In this document: in pieces, positions 36,876-52,303 of the stretch
Position numbering within the stretch: the stretch's first letter is position 1
Layout of the letters: each line of letters begins with the position of its first letter
Assembly: GCF_006345805.1 (NCBI RefSeq)
Contig: NC_042998.1
Location: 140,864,001 to 140,928,000 of the forward strand
Direction of reading: 5' to 3'
DNA from: Octopus sinensis
Lineage: Eukaryota
DNA: 64,000 nucleotides
Notes under the pieces: generated by a model
Told to the model about the DNA's origin: nothing
Seen by the model: the letters and a program-made list of their open reading frames with translations, nothing else
The model's database searches: none
Program-made: the position numbers and the translations under genes

Positions 36876-39800
36876 TATATTTATGTATAATATATATATA
36901 TATATATATATATAAGACTCCCTTCAGCCATGGATGGCACCTAGAAAGTTCCCCTCCAAGGCACAAGTCTGGGCAAGGTTGTTCATAGAAGACCAGCAGT
37001 CGCCCATGCATACCAGCCTTCCCTCTCCACGCCATTGATTTTATCCAAGGGAAAGGCAAAGGTCAACACAGTTTGGCACCAGTGACGTCACAGCTTATTT
37101 CTACAGCTGAGTGAACAGGAGCAACATGAAATAAAGTGTCTTGCTCAAGAACACAGCACACAGCCTGGTCCAGGAATTGAACTCACTACCTCATGATTGA
37201 GTCCAATGCTCTAACCACTGAGTCATATAATATACAAACACACATGCACATGTATGTATATGTTTGTGTGTTTATGTATATATATATCATCATTTAACTT
37301 TCTCTTTTCATGTAGGCAATGAATTCACATATTTCCTGTTTTAGGAGAACAGCAATTGTGTTCAGATGTGGAATAGTATAGTGAAGGGGTGAGTAACCTC
37401 TGTAAAGGTTATCCTTAACAGACAGAATAAGGCCAGCTGTAATAACTACATGAGTTATTCACTAGTGTTGGTGCCATGTAAAAAGCACACAGTACTCTCT
37501 GTAAAGTGGTTGGCATGAAGGGCATCCACTTATATAAGTCCATGTCAAAGTAGAGATTGGTACAGTCCTCTGGTTCATCAGCTCCTGAGGAACTGTCCAA
37601 CTCATGCTAGCATGGAAAACACATTGTGTGTGTGTGTGTGTGTGTGTGTATAGCATGTAATTAAGTAACTGTGCACAAACACACACACACATATATATAT
37701 ATATATATGGACGTGTTTGTGCATTCCCATCATCTAAACATGTGCACACTAACTGTAAATAAAACATTCCTGGCTGTTGGGCTAGGCATATTCTTTAACA
37801 GACTAGGGAAATATCACCTTACTTGGAATCAGGTGAAGGTTGGCAACAGTGGGAGTGTTATGCTATAAAAGCAAAACCTGCTTTAACAAGTTTCATCTGA
37901 CTTATCCTAGCACAGGAAATATGACATTAAATAATGACGATGATGATGATAACACATGCAAATGTTAAGGTAGCAAGCTAGTAGAATCGTCAGCACACCA
38001 GGCAAAATGCTTGGTAGCATTTCATCCATCTTTACATTCTGAGTTCAAATTCTACTAAGATCGACTTTGTTTTTCGTCCTTTCAGGATTGATAAAACAAG
38101 TACAAGCTGAGTACCGGGGTCAGTGTAACTGACTTACCCTCTCCTCCAAACTTGCTGGCCTTGTGCCAAAATCTGAAAGCAATGTGTGCAAATACTACTG
38201 TTTCTCATTGAATTGATTCTGCAACTCAATTAGTTTTTATGCCTAAACACAGATTTATTTCTTTGAATTTTCCTTCGGAAAGATTATGAATTCTGGTCAG
38301 CTGCAAAGAATACTAGAAAATATATCATCACGTTTTAAGTTCTCTAGGAACCTGAAGAAGATTTAGGATCAAATTAATAAAATTACCTTTGAGTCAGGAG
38401 TCAAACTTTTAAGCAATTTACAGACTTTACAACAGGCACCAATCTCTGCCAGGCATTTTTCCATAACGATTTAGTTACACCATTTCAATGAGTAGTAGCT
38501 GTAAATCGGAACTGGCTTTATTTCCTGGGAATCTCAAAGACAAACAAATATTCCTTTTAATTCAATTTCAACAGTATAATTATATATTATCATTATCATC
38601 TTCACTATTACAATAATAATGATATATTATGAATATTATTATTACTGTCCTCATCATTACCGTTATTATCATCCTTACCGTTAAAGGAATAAGAAATGTA
38701 ATGACTAAGGGAGCTTTTCTTTCTAACTACAAAACTAAACTTCTTTTACGTCAGTATTTAGTTCAGAATGGGAGTGGTGAGACCGCAAAATAGCCTGGAG
38801 TGTTGTTTGATGTATGTTGCACTCATTAAGCAGGCGCGTAATCAAAGGCATTTCAGCCGTCACCATCACACTTTCTATTCAAGCATAATTCATCTAGAAA
38901 TTACCCAACAGGTCTTTCATCTTTTAACTTGTTCATCACGATCATCATCATTTTACATCCGCTTTCCATGCTAGCAGGTGAATTAGATGTTTTGACAAGA
39001 GCTAACAGGTCAGAGGACGTCATGTCCAAATGTCACAGTTTGGGTTTGATTTCTACGGCCTAATTTTCTTCCTAACACCAATCACTTTACAGAGCGTATT
39101 GGCTGTTCCTTTCATGACACCAGCAATGGGCTACCGTGTAACTTTGCAAGACTGAAGAGCTCCCTTGAAGAGAAAGGATAAGAGATAGGTTAGACACTTT
39201 AAGCAGGACGTTGAGAGATTAAAGTACGATGGGGGAAGCAGGAAATGGGTTTGCAGTTTGTAGAGGAGGAGATTCATGGCTACTTCATGTTTTACATGAG
39301 TGGATGGGAGAGGTTGACCAAGCCTGTATATCTGTGGAAATACGCTGCCTTTGTTTCAATTAATTTTGAAAGTAATGAAGAATTTAGTGAAATAATTTTA
39401 TCATTAAGCTAATGTTCAAAAGTTAAATTAACACGACAGTTTATGAGATTTTATCATAGAAACTGATGTAGTTTCAGGCAGGTTGATAGCAAAAAGTTTA
39501 AAGACTATAGCATGTGATGAGAGCTTTGATTGCTATTTCTAGTAGAGCTATCAACCATGTAGAAGTTCAGTCCTTGGCTCGTTTCAGTTTACACTAAATT
39601 GACTATTAAAGCTAATGTTAAACTGGTATTTACACAAGGCTCTGTTTAGATATTAATCAAGGACATAGCAATATTTGGAGCATATCTAAAGTATTTTTAA
39701 TATCTTTGTGTACATTTGAGGTTGGGTAGCAAGGTGGTGCTGGGTCCCCTAAATACCTCATAATAATACGGAAAGAGAATACAGCTCTACTACAACCCCA

Positions 39801-42800
39801 GGCCAACCAAAGCCTTGTGAATGGATTTGGTAGACGTGCAGACATACAAACATATATACTTACGTATATACGTATGTGTGTGTATATGTGTTTGTGTCTC
39901 CTTCTCTTCTTGTCACACGCTAACTACAAAACTTGACTGTCATACAAGTGGTGTTGTTCATTTGCAATCTTTGGTGAAAGCATGTCTAGCTATTGTGTTG
40001 TTTACGTTCAAAGGACTTGGAGAAATATTGCCTTATTTGGAAACAGGTGGGGGTTGGTGACAAGAAGCGTATCTAGGTGTAGAACATCTATGTCAACAAA
40101 TTACATCTGATCCATACAGGAATGGAAAAGCGAATGTTAATATGATGGTTGCGGATTTTCTGATAATAGAGTTAGAGTACTGGAAGTACATTGTCAAGAG
40201 TTCCAAAATGTAAGAGGCAAAAAAATGTGGTTGCGTAATTAAGAGGATTGTGTCATTTAGTACAGAATTTGGATCAAAGGATACAAAGTACATAACAGAG
40301 GGTGAAAAAATACATGTACTAAATCATATGAGACGAATTGGAAATAAAAAGTTCAGAGAAGCAGAAAGTATCAATGACTCCATTTGTCACAGAGACAAAG
40401 CGAATCATTTGAAAGGTGTTACTTAAGATAAGGACAAATAGCATGGCTTTTCTGAAAAGAGCAGAAAATGTTTCAACTGACTGCAGCAAGAAAATACCAT
40501 TTTTCACACTGAAACAACGATGCTTTCTGATTGTCGACAACAAACTTTTTTTTAATTATCAAAGGCTCAGCAAATAAACTATTACACTCACAAGATGAGT
40601 GCTATAGTTGATCGGCAGACTTTTGGAACAACTATCGCTATTCCATGGGGATGGGAAAGGACAGGGAATTAGATAATTGTCTCCGATTTTACTTACTAGT
40701 CTTTTAGTAAATAAGGTCTATGAGCTATTGACAACAGTAAAGTATCAAAATTATATTCTGTAGAGAGAGCAAACCTGGTCCTATTTAGTTTAAAGAACAT
40801 TATTCACTTTGACGTTGAAAGGTGCTTTTTTTTCTTTTATTTCTAACTTAAAGAAATGCAATTACCTTTAAATTGGCCCTAATAAAATCAAAGGCATAAT
40901 AATTTCTTCAAAGAAACAAATATATTACAAGGCAAATGCATGTGTAGCACAATTTGATTCTCAAGAAATAACTATTACTTAGAATTAAGTCTCAGAATAA
41001 GGTCACTTAAGAACTTGTTATATCTATGTATGGAGTTGGAAGTAGAATTAGACAATAGGAATAAAATGCATTGTTTCACAAAGGATTTTTATCTATTTTT
41101 TTTTTCCACTTTTAATCTTAAGAGGGCTAAGAACTATGATAACCCAGAAAGTGCTTGTTCAATCATAGCAGTCTATTAGAGTTAGTAAGGCGTAGTAAGG
41201 ACAATACACGATTCTTACAACATTGTGCATTGTCTGCTGGCTCCAAAAAAATGTTTCAAGACATTCAGACAGCATCATTTTAATAGTGACATTTGTGTCC
41301 TAATTTTTATATAAACGGATAGAGATAAAGAAAATTGGTTTAAAGGGGGTAATATGATGCATTTACAACAAAGAAACTCTGTGGTATTTTATAAACAGCA
41401 AGCAGCTCATTAAGGAAACGGTAGCTAGATTTTGCTAAGTTCGACCACGTACGTAATGTAATGGCCATCTAGTTTAAACAACCTTAAGTAAAAATGAAGG
41501 ACTGGAACGTAGTCGTAATTGTTGAATATGGCTGCACAGCAATAAATATGCGTTCAAAAGATAATACAAGAGAATCTGTACCAGAACTGCCATGCATTTA
41601 TAAATATATACATATAACCTATTTCGGCCTGTCGGCGGTGGCTTAGTAGGGAACCGCCATTATATATATATATATATATATATAAAATGTTCTTCATATT
41701 TCTAAACTAAGAATTATCGACAAAAAGAAAGGTTGTAAAACAGGCAATGGACACATGAAAAACGTTTTATTTTAAGAACTGAAATTTTATCATGGCCCTT
41801 TATAGAACGAGGTGACGTGTCTACATACAAAGTAAAACACGTAGAGTGGATGACCTTATAAGTGTAGGTAGGCTAGGAAGCTGGTGGTGCTTTTTCTTAT
41901 CTTGGGACATTTGGAGGTGAAATGTCGACTACAACCTGGATCGGGTAAATTTGGTAAAAGACTGCTATGAGAATAATGGAAATGGTATTTATTTATGATA
42001 ACTGGCGGAAGTGAGTAGTTTTCTAAGTAAAAATACAAAATTTGGAATGGGGTTCAGTATGTAATAAATCGTAAATTTAAATTGATGTTTTTTTTTACGG
42101 AGTTGCGAATAAACAAATATGGAAGGCTTCGTAAGTATTTTAATCAATTGTTAAATGCACTTTTACTCGCACACACATGCAAACATACATACACATATAC
42201 GCCAAAGTAATGTTCAATAAGCACACGTAATATACATACCATACACACACAGAAGCGTAAGATAATTTTACACACCCACACATCTAAACATGGCACATAA
42301 TATGTGTATGTTTGTTAAGTATAAGCTTCAGTGAAGAAATATTAAACCGAGTTGAGAAGTCTTCCTTCAGCTTACAAAATTTACACACACCTTGGGTTCG
42401 TCCATGTTTTTAATTACATGGTCGCGAATCGAACCCATGTTCCTTTCCATCAAATACAGTATACCTGATTATTGTTATCATTACTGTTACCATCTTCTCC
42501 CAGGAGACTGCTCAGTCAATGAATAACATAACAACTGGATCAAAAAAGGTCAACAGCCACAGGAAAATATATCACTTCACATTCTTTAGGGACCGAAAAT
42601 CGTTCACTTCCGGTGTTTTCGAATCACCCAAAATGCTTTGCGTTTCAACGGTTAAAATATCATTAAATACTAAAACAAAAAAAAAACCCTTGAAAATCCA
42701 GTTGACTGGCCTTATTAGCTAACTTCTGGATCTTATTTCGTTTTTAATTTCAAATAACCTTCTACTTTAGGATTTAATTTTGCTTGCTATGAACATGTGT

Positions 42801-44949
42801 AAGTTCACGTGAAAGGTCTATGGAAGCTCTGAGCCATAAGGATTGAATGTTTAATAAAGGACAACTGATTCTCTACTAACTGAGGCACTTTCAGCTGCAG
42901 CCTGTTCTAAATAGACATAATATCACAACAATGGGGGACACATATATCATGTACAAACCCATAGCCACACATGCGCACTAGAGGATATGTATATTAGTGT
43001 GTACGTGCATATATTTATGTATGTATATGTTTGTGTGTACGAAGATCAGAGGAAAGGGCAGTTTTGTGATACTTTACAAAGCCTCTGAGACTGATGGAAG
43101 GGAGAGCGCGAAAGGTGTCCTCAAACCCAAAGACCTGGCCCGATTGCTTTGCAACTGAATGGACTTCAGTAATGTCACCCAAGATGCTAGATTGTGATGC
43201 TAAACGAAATTTTATTATGTGTATGTGTGTGTGATGAAGAGAAAATATAGGTTTCAAATTCTTGCACAGGGCCAGTAATTTCGGGGGAGGGGCTAGTCGG
43301 TTACAGCAACCCCAGTGCTCAAAATTATGCTGTTAGTTAACCAGCTAAAAAGTTTATCTGTTGCTCCAGCAAAGCCTCAACACTGACGGCTAAAATAAAC
43401 TAAAACATGACTCGATAATTTCTGATTGATGATGACTAGACAGCACTTTAAGTATCAATATTTTAAAACTGAAAGCAGTTTTACGCTTTTTCCCCTATTG
43501 CTTTCATCTTCCCGGTGATCGATAAAATAGAGTTTCTGTCAAACATTGGAGTCAATTTAATCGGTTACATTCATCTCTACAAAGTGTGATTATATGAGAA
43601 TCATTGATGCGATTAGAACCTTGAATGTCAGAACCGGTAGAGCGCCGAACAGAATGCATTATTTGCTGCGTTTTAGTTACGTCCCTTTACGGTTTGGGTT
43701 CAAATCCTACGAAGATAGTCATTACCGTTTTTGGATTTGTACTGGTCAAGTACTAGTGTTGATTAAATTGTCTGTATTTCATCCCCTTTAAAATTGTCCT
43801 TCCATATCGGGATCAGAACAAGTTGAAGTGTCAGACAAATACCTTGGGGCCATCTAGTTATGTCCCTTTATTTTCAAATACTAAGTTCAAATCCCATCGG
43901 AGTTGAATGTTGCCTTTCATCCCAACGAGAAATAACATTAAAAAAACCTTTAATATCTTAAGAGATTATTCAAAATAATAATACCCCACCCCCTATAAAT
44001 CTGTAGTCTTGTGCCAACGTAAGAAGCCACCATTATAATAATTATCATCATATAATTTATAAACAACCTAATTTTCTATCCTCGAGCTTGCACCAAATTT
44101 AGGCCAGTTGTGTTTGTAAGTTTATTTATAAATTCACTAAAATATAAATTGAATTTAATAATGTGCATCACTTACACTCAGAATAAGATTTAATCTATAT
44201 ATTTACATGTGCTTCCAGAAACAAAGGTTGCGTATGATGCGCAAAAATCATACACTCATAATAACACAAACATACGTATGAGTGGGTGTGTATTAACGTC
44301 TACCTGTATATAATATTTATTAATGAAATTAATTGATATTTAATGTAATAGAGAGTATTTAAGAAAACATAACTGTAGATAACCGATTAAACGATAATAA
44401 ATAAACAAAAGTTGGTTTATATTTTTTAATTATTCGGAGACTAGTTTTCTCGGTGTCTGTTTAACAACGGAAACACCCCCAAAAGTTTATTCCAATACAG
44501 ACTTGCCTAGTTTATCTCTCTCTCTTTTTTTCTCACCTGCTACAGGTGTCCGTTGCTCTATTATTACACAAACTACAGAAACATATCATTTTGTAATTCA
44601 ACCTTAACACGCTCAAAGATTTTGCAAGTGTAAATAAGATTTGTTATTTAAGTAATTAAATTCATTAACGACGAAATAACATTTGTGAGTGAACATTACA
44701 ATATGGTTAAACACGTATGTATGTATGCATGTATGTATGTGCGTGAGTGTTTGCTATATTTACATATACACATATGTGCATGTGTGTGTATACATAAAGT
44801 GTAATGATGTAATGACAAAAGCAGAGGTCAAACGAAAGTTCACATTCATACACATGGTAAATAGCGTGTTATATATATATATGCATATGCACACACATAT
44901 GCATATAATGCATTGACATATATATATATATACACACATGCATACATAC

Positions 44950-45015
<66 letters not shown>

Positions 45016-45075
45016 GCATATATATAAATATTCATTTATTTATACACACGCACAAACACATACGTGTATATATAA

Positions 45076-45151
<76 letters not shown>

Positions 45152-45739
45152 AAGAACCTATCATACATACATAACATCCAAAGGAAGGGCTCGAATAAAT
45201 TACAAATAATACATGTATTAATATATACGTAATGTGAACTATATTTCTGTAATCGCTTCTCTTGTGACTAAACCTTGTTTTAGAAATACACAAATACATT
45301 CATAAAACAGCGATTTCATCACCATTTATACCTTGATTAACCCCCCAGGTCAGCCCTAATCGATCGGATCTCATGATCAAAGGCATTGTCCTCTTTCTTT
45401 TTACAAGACAGTAAGTAGGGTGTGGTTTAATGGAGATTTGGGCGTTATTTCTAGCAGGTCGATTGACGGTGTAAAGGCTCGCTTCTTTGACTCGTCATCA
45501 TTGTAAATTGTTTACTCTTGTATTTTCAATGGGTTCGTATTATTTTACCGGTGTTTTACATTATTCGGACCGGGCTGATAATGAATCGTAGACGATGAAA
45601 AAGTACAAGCAAGACTAAAAGGTAAACAGATGATGTGTTTTGAAGGTAACGAACACATTTCTACAGAGGACAGAAAAACTCAAAAATCCACGTACTTTAT
45701 CAGAGTCCACAAGTTGTTTTTACTTCATTTTCAAGTTCA

Positions 45740-45953
45740 TTGTGTGACATCATCATGCAAAGGACATTGATGTCGATGATGATAGTGATGGTGATGTCGG
45801 TAAGAATGATGGTACTGGTGGCGGTGACGATGACCGATGGTAGTGGTGGGGTGATGTTGACGGTTGTGATGATGATGTTCGCGGTGGAAGCTGTGAGATA
45901 TGATGTTGGTTGTGGTGGCTACTATGGTCTCGATAGAGTGTTAGTTATTGTGA

Positions 45954-45984
<31 letters not shown>

Positions 45985-46090
45985 AATGATGGAGGTGGGT
46001 GTGATTATGGTAGTGATTGTGATGATGATAGTAGTGATCATGATGATGATGGTGGTTGTCATAATAGTGCTGGTAGTAGTGTTTGTAATA
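45740..46090. repeat. Degenerate (GAT)n/(GGT)n trinucleotide field
   Basis: Direct reading; it explains the M/V-rich and H/T/I-rich pseudo-ORFs. Confidence 0.9.
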
Positions 46091-46199
46091 ATGACTGATA
46101 CATGCAGTGACGCTCGCAAGCATGGTGCTGGTACTGGTGATAAACATCAACGAAACTAAAACTTGATGGTAATCCAGGAATAACAGAGAAAAAAATATC

Positions 46200-47330
46200 C
46201 CACGAGTTCCAATTAAAAAAAAAAATAACAGCGACTTGCAGTCGATCACGGGACGGAAAAATAATAAATAAAACCACTACTTACCGAAGGTGATCTCTTG
46301 GAGATAAACTGTTTGTCCATAGTAACAGGTCCAGTGCGATAAAGAAAGGTAAAAGAGGTGTTTTGTTTAATTAAGGAACCACTATAGAATCCATTCTGAG
46401 CAAAACCAAGTGGAGGAGACGGTTGGTCTTTGTCGGTGGTCGGTCCTCTGTGAGGTTGAGAAAGCTTAGCTAGATGCTTCCAGCCTTTCAACTTATTTCC
46501 GGAGAGACCCCCAACGGTTGAACGATGACAGCAATTCTCAGTCGACTACACATGCACACATACCAATACATATATAAGTACACCTATATACATACATACA
46601 CATATATATATATATATAGGCTTATTAAGTTATCTATTTAATCAGTATGCGCATGAAGATAATATTCGCGTACGTTTTATTTTTTACCTGTATATCACAT
46701 GTACTTTATTTAGTTAAGTATGTATATTTATATATAGATACACCTAGATATAAAACCACAATTAGATGCACACGTATTGAATGGTGAAGTACCGACCGTC
46801 CGTACTCTTAACGAAATCTGCTTAATATTTTATTAAATTTATCCTTTATTAACAATTTAATGCATATTTTTGACTTGCGGCATTTGTTTTCCGAAGACTC
46901 TTGAGAGACAGACAGAACGAAAAACGAAAGAAGAAAAAAGATGATGAATCGAAATAGCAAGCTAGTAAACAATCAACAAAGAGTATTGTGGAAAAACGAT
47001 ACGGTCCGGAGATAAAGATAGCATTCAAATGTGTGTGCACATGTTTGTTATACAAATATGTATGGAGTGATCGGCTTTGAACTGCACGCTGTTACTAACA
47101 GAGAATTTTAGACACGGTTTAGCATGCAGCGGTTTGGTATTTTATTTGTTGCCAAGCCTATGGTGGTCGCTGGCTGGACTGCTGCTAATATCGACTGGAA
47201 CTAGGTAAATCCTCAACAGAAGTGAAATAAAAGAGAGCGGACACGAGGAGAGGAGAACCGCACAAAGAAAATTGTGGTTTGGGGAAGGGGATCGCTCAAA
47301 CCGAGCATATTTCATTACAGAGTAGCGGCA
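46200..47330. promoter_or_regulatory. CpG-retaining region with candidate 5' exon(s)
   Basis: CpG-rich non-repetitive sequence; strong minus-strand donor TCG|gtaagtag at 46285/46284 preceded by ATG-MDKQFISKRSPS; possible plus-strand donor TAG|gtaaat near 47202. Confidence 0.3.
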
Positions 47331-47988
47331 TTCCCCTTAGATGGGAGAAGAGGAAAGAGTAAAATTAAAAAGGAAATAACAGCAAAGGAGTAAAAAAAAA
47401 AATGGGAGAAAAAAAGGAATAAAATATAAATGAATGGAGTAGTGATAAAGGGCGGGAAGAGGAGGGAAAAAGCGTAGTGTCGAAGTGGATGGGTGATAGA
47501 GGAATAGAAAGAGGTCGAGAAAGAAACAGAGAGAGAGAGAGAGAGCAACATAGAGACAGAGAGGGAGACTGATGTGTGTATATATATATATATATATATA
47601 ATATATATATATATATACGGGGACAGGGAAGTATTTAAGAGAAAGGGAAAATGAGAGAGAGAAGGATAGGGAGGGAGATGTGACGATGGGGTAAAGAATT
47701 TAAGCGGGAGCAGATTAAAGATATTGGTTAATCGAAGGAATGGGAGGAAGTGAAAAAAAGAATTTATGTGAAGTTTTAACTTGAAACCACTATAAAGAGA
47801 AAGAATTAGGCCGAAATACTCACACACGTATACACATATACATTACACACGTGCATGTGTATGTGTGGAGTATATATGTATGTATGTATATATGCGTGCG
47901 TGCGTGTGTGAGTGTGTGACTACATATAATATAAGCATGAGTGTATATATGTGTGTGTGTTTGTGTTTGGAATTTGTGAGTATATGTG

Positions 47989-48079
<91 letters not shown>
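47989..48079. repeat. (ATCT)n / GATA tetranucleotide microsatellite
   Basis: About 22 tandem tatc units. Confidence 0.95.
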
Positions 48080-48725
48080 GTGTGTTTGTATGTTATATGT
48101 GTGAGCATGTGTGCATGTGTTATATATATATATATATAATATATATATATAAATATGTGTGTGTGAGTATGTGTATGCGTGTTATATATGTGTGCATGTT
48201 ATATATGTGTGTATATATATACATACATACAATATCTACACACATGCATATGCATGTATATGAATATATGGATGTGTGTATATATATGCATGTAAATATA
48301 TAGACACATAAATACATATATATAGTCATATACATATATGATATATACATACGTATAAACATGCCTATGTTTTTTTACTTGTTTCAGTCGTTATACTGCA
48401 GCCATGCCGGGGCACCGCCCTGAGGGCGGTTAAGTACAACGACACTGCGTCAGGACTTTCTTTCGTAAACTTAGGTCTTATTCCATCGATATCTTTTTTG
48501 GAGAAGCACTATCTTACGGAGACGTAATGAAACCAACACCGGGGTTGTCAAGCGGTGGTGGGTGACAAGCACAAACATAAAGACACAAACACACGCACAC
48601 GCCATGGGACAGAACTCGGAACCATGCGGTTGGAAAGCAGTCTAAATATGTTTTTGCATGCATATCTATGTATGTGTATATGGGTATGTTCGTGTATACG
48701 TATTCATATATATGTCTGTATATGT

Positions 48726-48771
<46 letters not shown>

Positions 48772-49313
48772 TATATCTATTCCCCCTCTTTCTCTCTCTC
48801 TCGCAACTCACACGTGACCATCGTCCATCTTTCTTTTCCTCACGTGACCGTCTTTCTTTTCCTTACACGACGTTCTAAGGACTGAACATCTTCTGTCTCT
48901 CCATTCTATCTTTTTTTCTTTTCAAAGAAAATATTTCTTCCAGCGTTTAGTATTTCCCCCCTTGTTCTGGTCTAAAGACACTCCATCTTTGTTTTCGTTC
49001 GGTTCCCTTGTATGTCTCAACTGTCCTGTTTTTGTTCCCAACTTTGACCCTCGATAAAATCCAAAATTCATTTTGGAAGTAATGTGAGCAACTGTCTTCA
49101 AAGACTCATATTATCGTGGAATGCTTGAAATGAGTAGCAGATAGACAGCCGACAACTGATGAAGGGTCGCTCTTTGTGTTACTTGTCCTGTTTTCAATTT
49201 TTCCTCTCGTTGTTTGCGAATTTAACTCGTTTGTTTTCGTACTTCATGTTGTTTACACAGTTGGTGACGTCCTGTACCCATATAAGCTATGCATATATAT
49301 ATATATATATATA

Positions 49314-49726
49314 GGCGCAGGAGTGGCTGTGTAAGTAGCTTGCTAACCAACCACATGGTTCCGGGTTCAGTCCCACTGCGTGGCATCTTGGGCAAGTGTC
49401 TTCTGCTATAGCCCCGGGCCGACCAATGCCTTGTGAGTGGATTTGTAGACGGAAACTGAAAGAAGCCTGTCGTATATATGTTTATATATATATGTATGTG
49501 TGTGTTGTGTGTCTGTGTTTGTCCCCCTAGCATTGCTTGACAAACCGATGCTGGTGTGTTTACGTCCCCGTCACTTAGCGGTTTGGCAAAAGAGACCGAT
49601 AGAATAAGTACTGGGCTTACAAAGAATAAGTCCCGGGGTCGATTTGCTCGACTAAAAAGGTGGTGCTCCAGCATGGCCGCAGTCAAATGACTGAAACAAG
49701 TAAAAGAGTAAAAGAGTAAAAGAGTA
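49314..49726 (+). mobile_element. tRNA-derived SINE (family B), best-preserved copy
   Basis: ggcgcaggagtggctgtgt...ccgggttcagtcccactgcgtggcatcttgggcaagtgtcttc (CORE-like block)...(TAAAAGAG)n tail; CpGs retained. Confidence 0.9.
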
Positions 49727-49811
49727 TATATAGGTATGTAATTATCTGTATATATATTAGATAATTATATGCCTATAAGGGATGATGATTAATTTACTCT
49801 AAATAATATAT

Positions 49812-49942
<131 letters not shown>

Positions 49943-50348
49943 AAGAAGAAGAAGAAGAAGAACAACAACAACAACAACAAGATTGAGATTGGGAAGCTAA
50001 TGACTGTTTATTATTAACAGCTTAAACATATATAAAACATCCAAGGGAATATTTTTTCCCTCTGAAGATGTTATGCTCAGGTCATATAAATTTAATATTT
50101 ACTTAATATTTACTTAGTATTAATTGAAACAGCTGTAAGGGATGATGATTAATTTACTCTAAATAATAAACAATTATTAACTTCCCAATCTCCATTTCCT
50201 TTTTCTTCTTATATATTAATAAAAACAATATGTTTTTATATATATACCTATTATTTTGAGGAAATTTATTCCCCAATAATACTAGGTATTGAACCAGTAT
50301 TTTCCTTGGATTGAGCCTTCCTTCATGAGATTAACACAACCTCTAATC

Positions 50349-50416
<68 letters not shown>

Positions 50417-50442
50417 ATATATATATATTCAAAGGCTTCGGC

Positions 50443-50484
<42 letters not shown>

Positions 50485-50579
50485 TACACACATACATACA
50501 TACATACATACATACATAGATACATACATTTATGTGTGTATGTATGTATGTATGTGTTTGTGTGTGTGTGTGTGTGTGT

Positions 50580-51480
50580 GTACCATCATCATAATAGAAC
50601 TCCATTGTCCATGCTGGCAAGCTGGGGAGCTGCACCAGACCCCAGTCTGATTTGGCATGGTTTGTATAGCTAGACGTCTTCCTAACGTTGGGCGCTTTTA
50701 CGCGACTCTGCACGGTTACTTTTACGTGGTACCACATGGATCACTTTTACTTGGCACTTCACGGACGTTTTTACGTGGCACCATCACGAGTGCTTTTTAC
50801 GTGGCATCGGCCTAAGACTCTTGCAGGTCAATCCTCACCATCGAGGGGACCGGTCTTAACTCTTCTGCTGCGGAATCTTGGTCCTTCATCATCTCGTCCT
50901 GAAGTCGTTCTTCAGCACTTCGTCCCATGCCTTCCTGGGTCTCCCACTTCCACGTGTTCATTCTACTTCGAGAGCGCGACACTTCTTTATGGAGCTGTCG
51001 GCTGCACACCGCAACTAATTTATCTTACGCCTAACATCTCTCTCAAACAAGGGTGCACTGAACCGTCGGTCAATCGGCCACCGCCCGAGGGCCCGAAGCT
51101 CTGAGAAGCCCGCACTCTACCTCTACTACAACACACATTCAAAGAGGACCGTTTAAGCAGTTATGCCCGCGGGCCCTTAATACTCTCAGTACACCCCTGC
51201 TCTCAAAGCACTAGCGCTCTGTCGAACATGTACACTTACATTGCACATCCTGCGGAGCATTCTAGCCTCATTTCTTTCTAATCTTTGCATTTTCTCTGCA
51301 TGCAGGGGCCACGTCTCACTACCATGTAGAATTATTGCCCGTATACATGCATCATACAATTTCACTCGGCGAGAGAAATCTTTCGTAGCCAATAGAAGTA
51401 ACAGCTCCCTGAATTTACTCCATCCTATTCTTATTCTTGCAATCACAATCTCCGTGCATCCACGCTCACTACTGATTTAG
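50580..51480 (-). pseudogene. RTE-clade LINE 3' fragment with 3' UTR repeats and (GAT)n tail
   Basis: ARIRIGWSKFRELLLLLATKDFSRRVKLYDACIRAIILHGSETW...RLERNEARMLRRMCNVSVHVRQSASALREMLGVR (continuous once the MITE is removed); 3' UTR with gtgccacgtaaaaagcac-like repeats. Confidence 0.85.
51048..51199. mobile_element. hAT-type MITE (152 bp) nested in the RTE ORF
   Basis: 8-bp TSD ctctcaaa (51040-51047, 51200-51207); TIRs caagggtgcactga / tcagtacacccctg (12/14 match). Confidence 0.85.
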
Positions 51481-51935
51481 TCTCACAGGCAGCAGAAATT
51501 ATCTACTACCTTTAATGAGCCACCAGAGTATTTAAAAATCAATTTCCTGAGTCTGAGTAGTTTTTAAGGATCCTGTACATCTACCACATACGAATACTAC
51601 CTTCTCTGGTAATCTTCATATTAATCCACTGCACCTTCATCAAATATCTGAAGCCATAAAACTGACAAAAAACAACAAACAGGCAAGATGGCGATAGACT
51701 AGAAACGTCACATGTTTTAAATGAGTGCATCCTTTTCCCGTGTGTATTTACATGCATATAAATGCACACATATGTTTGCAAATACATACAGACATCTTGT
51801 CGCTGTGAGAGTACCTCGATGACATTTTCGGAAAGCTGGTGAGAGCACGTGTTATGTCGTCCACAGAAGGGTGACATAATCGACATTTACGGTTTTATCT
51901 TGGGATTTTATGCGTGTACTATATATGCATGCATG

Positions 51936-51976
<41 letters not shown>

Positions 51977-52156
51977 AGAGGGAAAGAGATAGATAGATCT
52001 ATGCGTGCGGTCATCCTGGAGCGCCACTGTTAGTCGAACAAATCGACCCAAGGACTTATTCTTTATAAGCCTAGTACTTATTCTATCGGTTACACACATG
52101 CACACACACACACACAGACACACACACACACACACAGACACACACACACACACACA

Positions 52157-52211
<55 letters not shown>

Positions 52212-52303
52212 GTATAAGGGGAGAATTCCAAAAACACAAAAGACGAAGACAGGTGGTGTAGACAACAAACATGTATTAGTTTAACGCTCGGAAACTGAAA
52301 AAG

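Noticed and set aside
45740-46277. 139-aa hydrophobic ORF and His-rich antisense ORF
   Set aside because: They arise from (GAT)n/(GGT)n trinucleotide repeats.
49120-49200. CTGATGA hammerhead-like core at about 49156
   Set aside because: No downstream GAAA after a helix II, and the permuted reading using the upstream gaaa gives no helix I. CTGATGA at about 58979 fails likewise.
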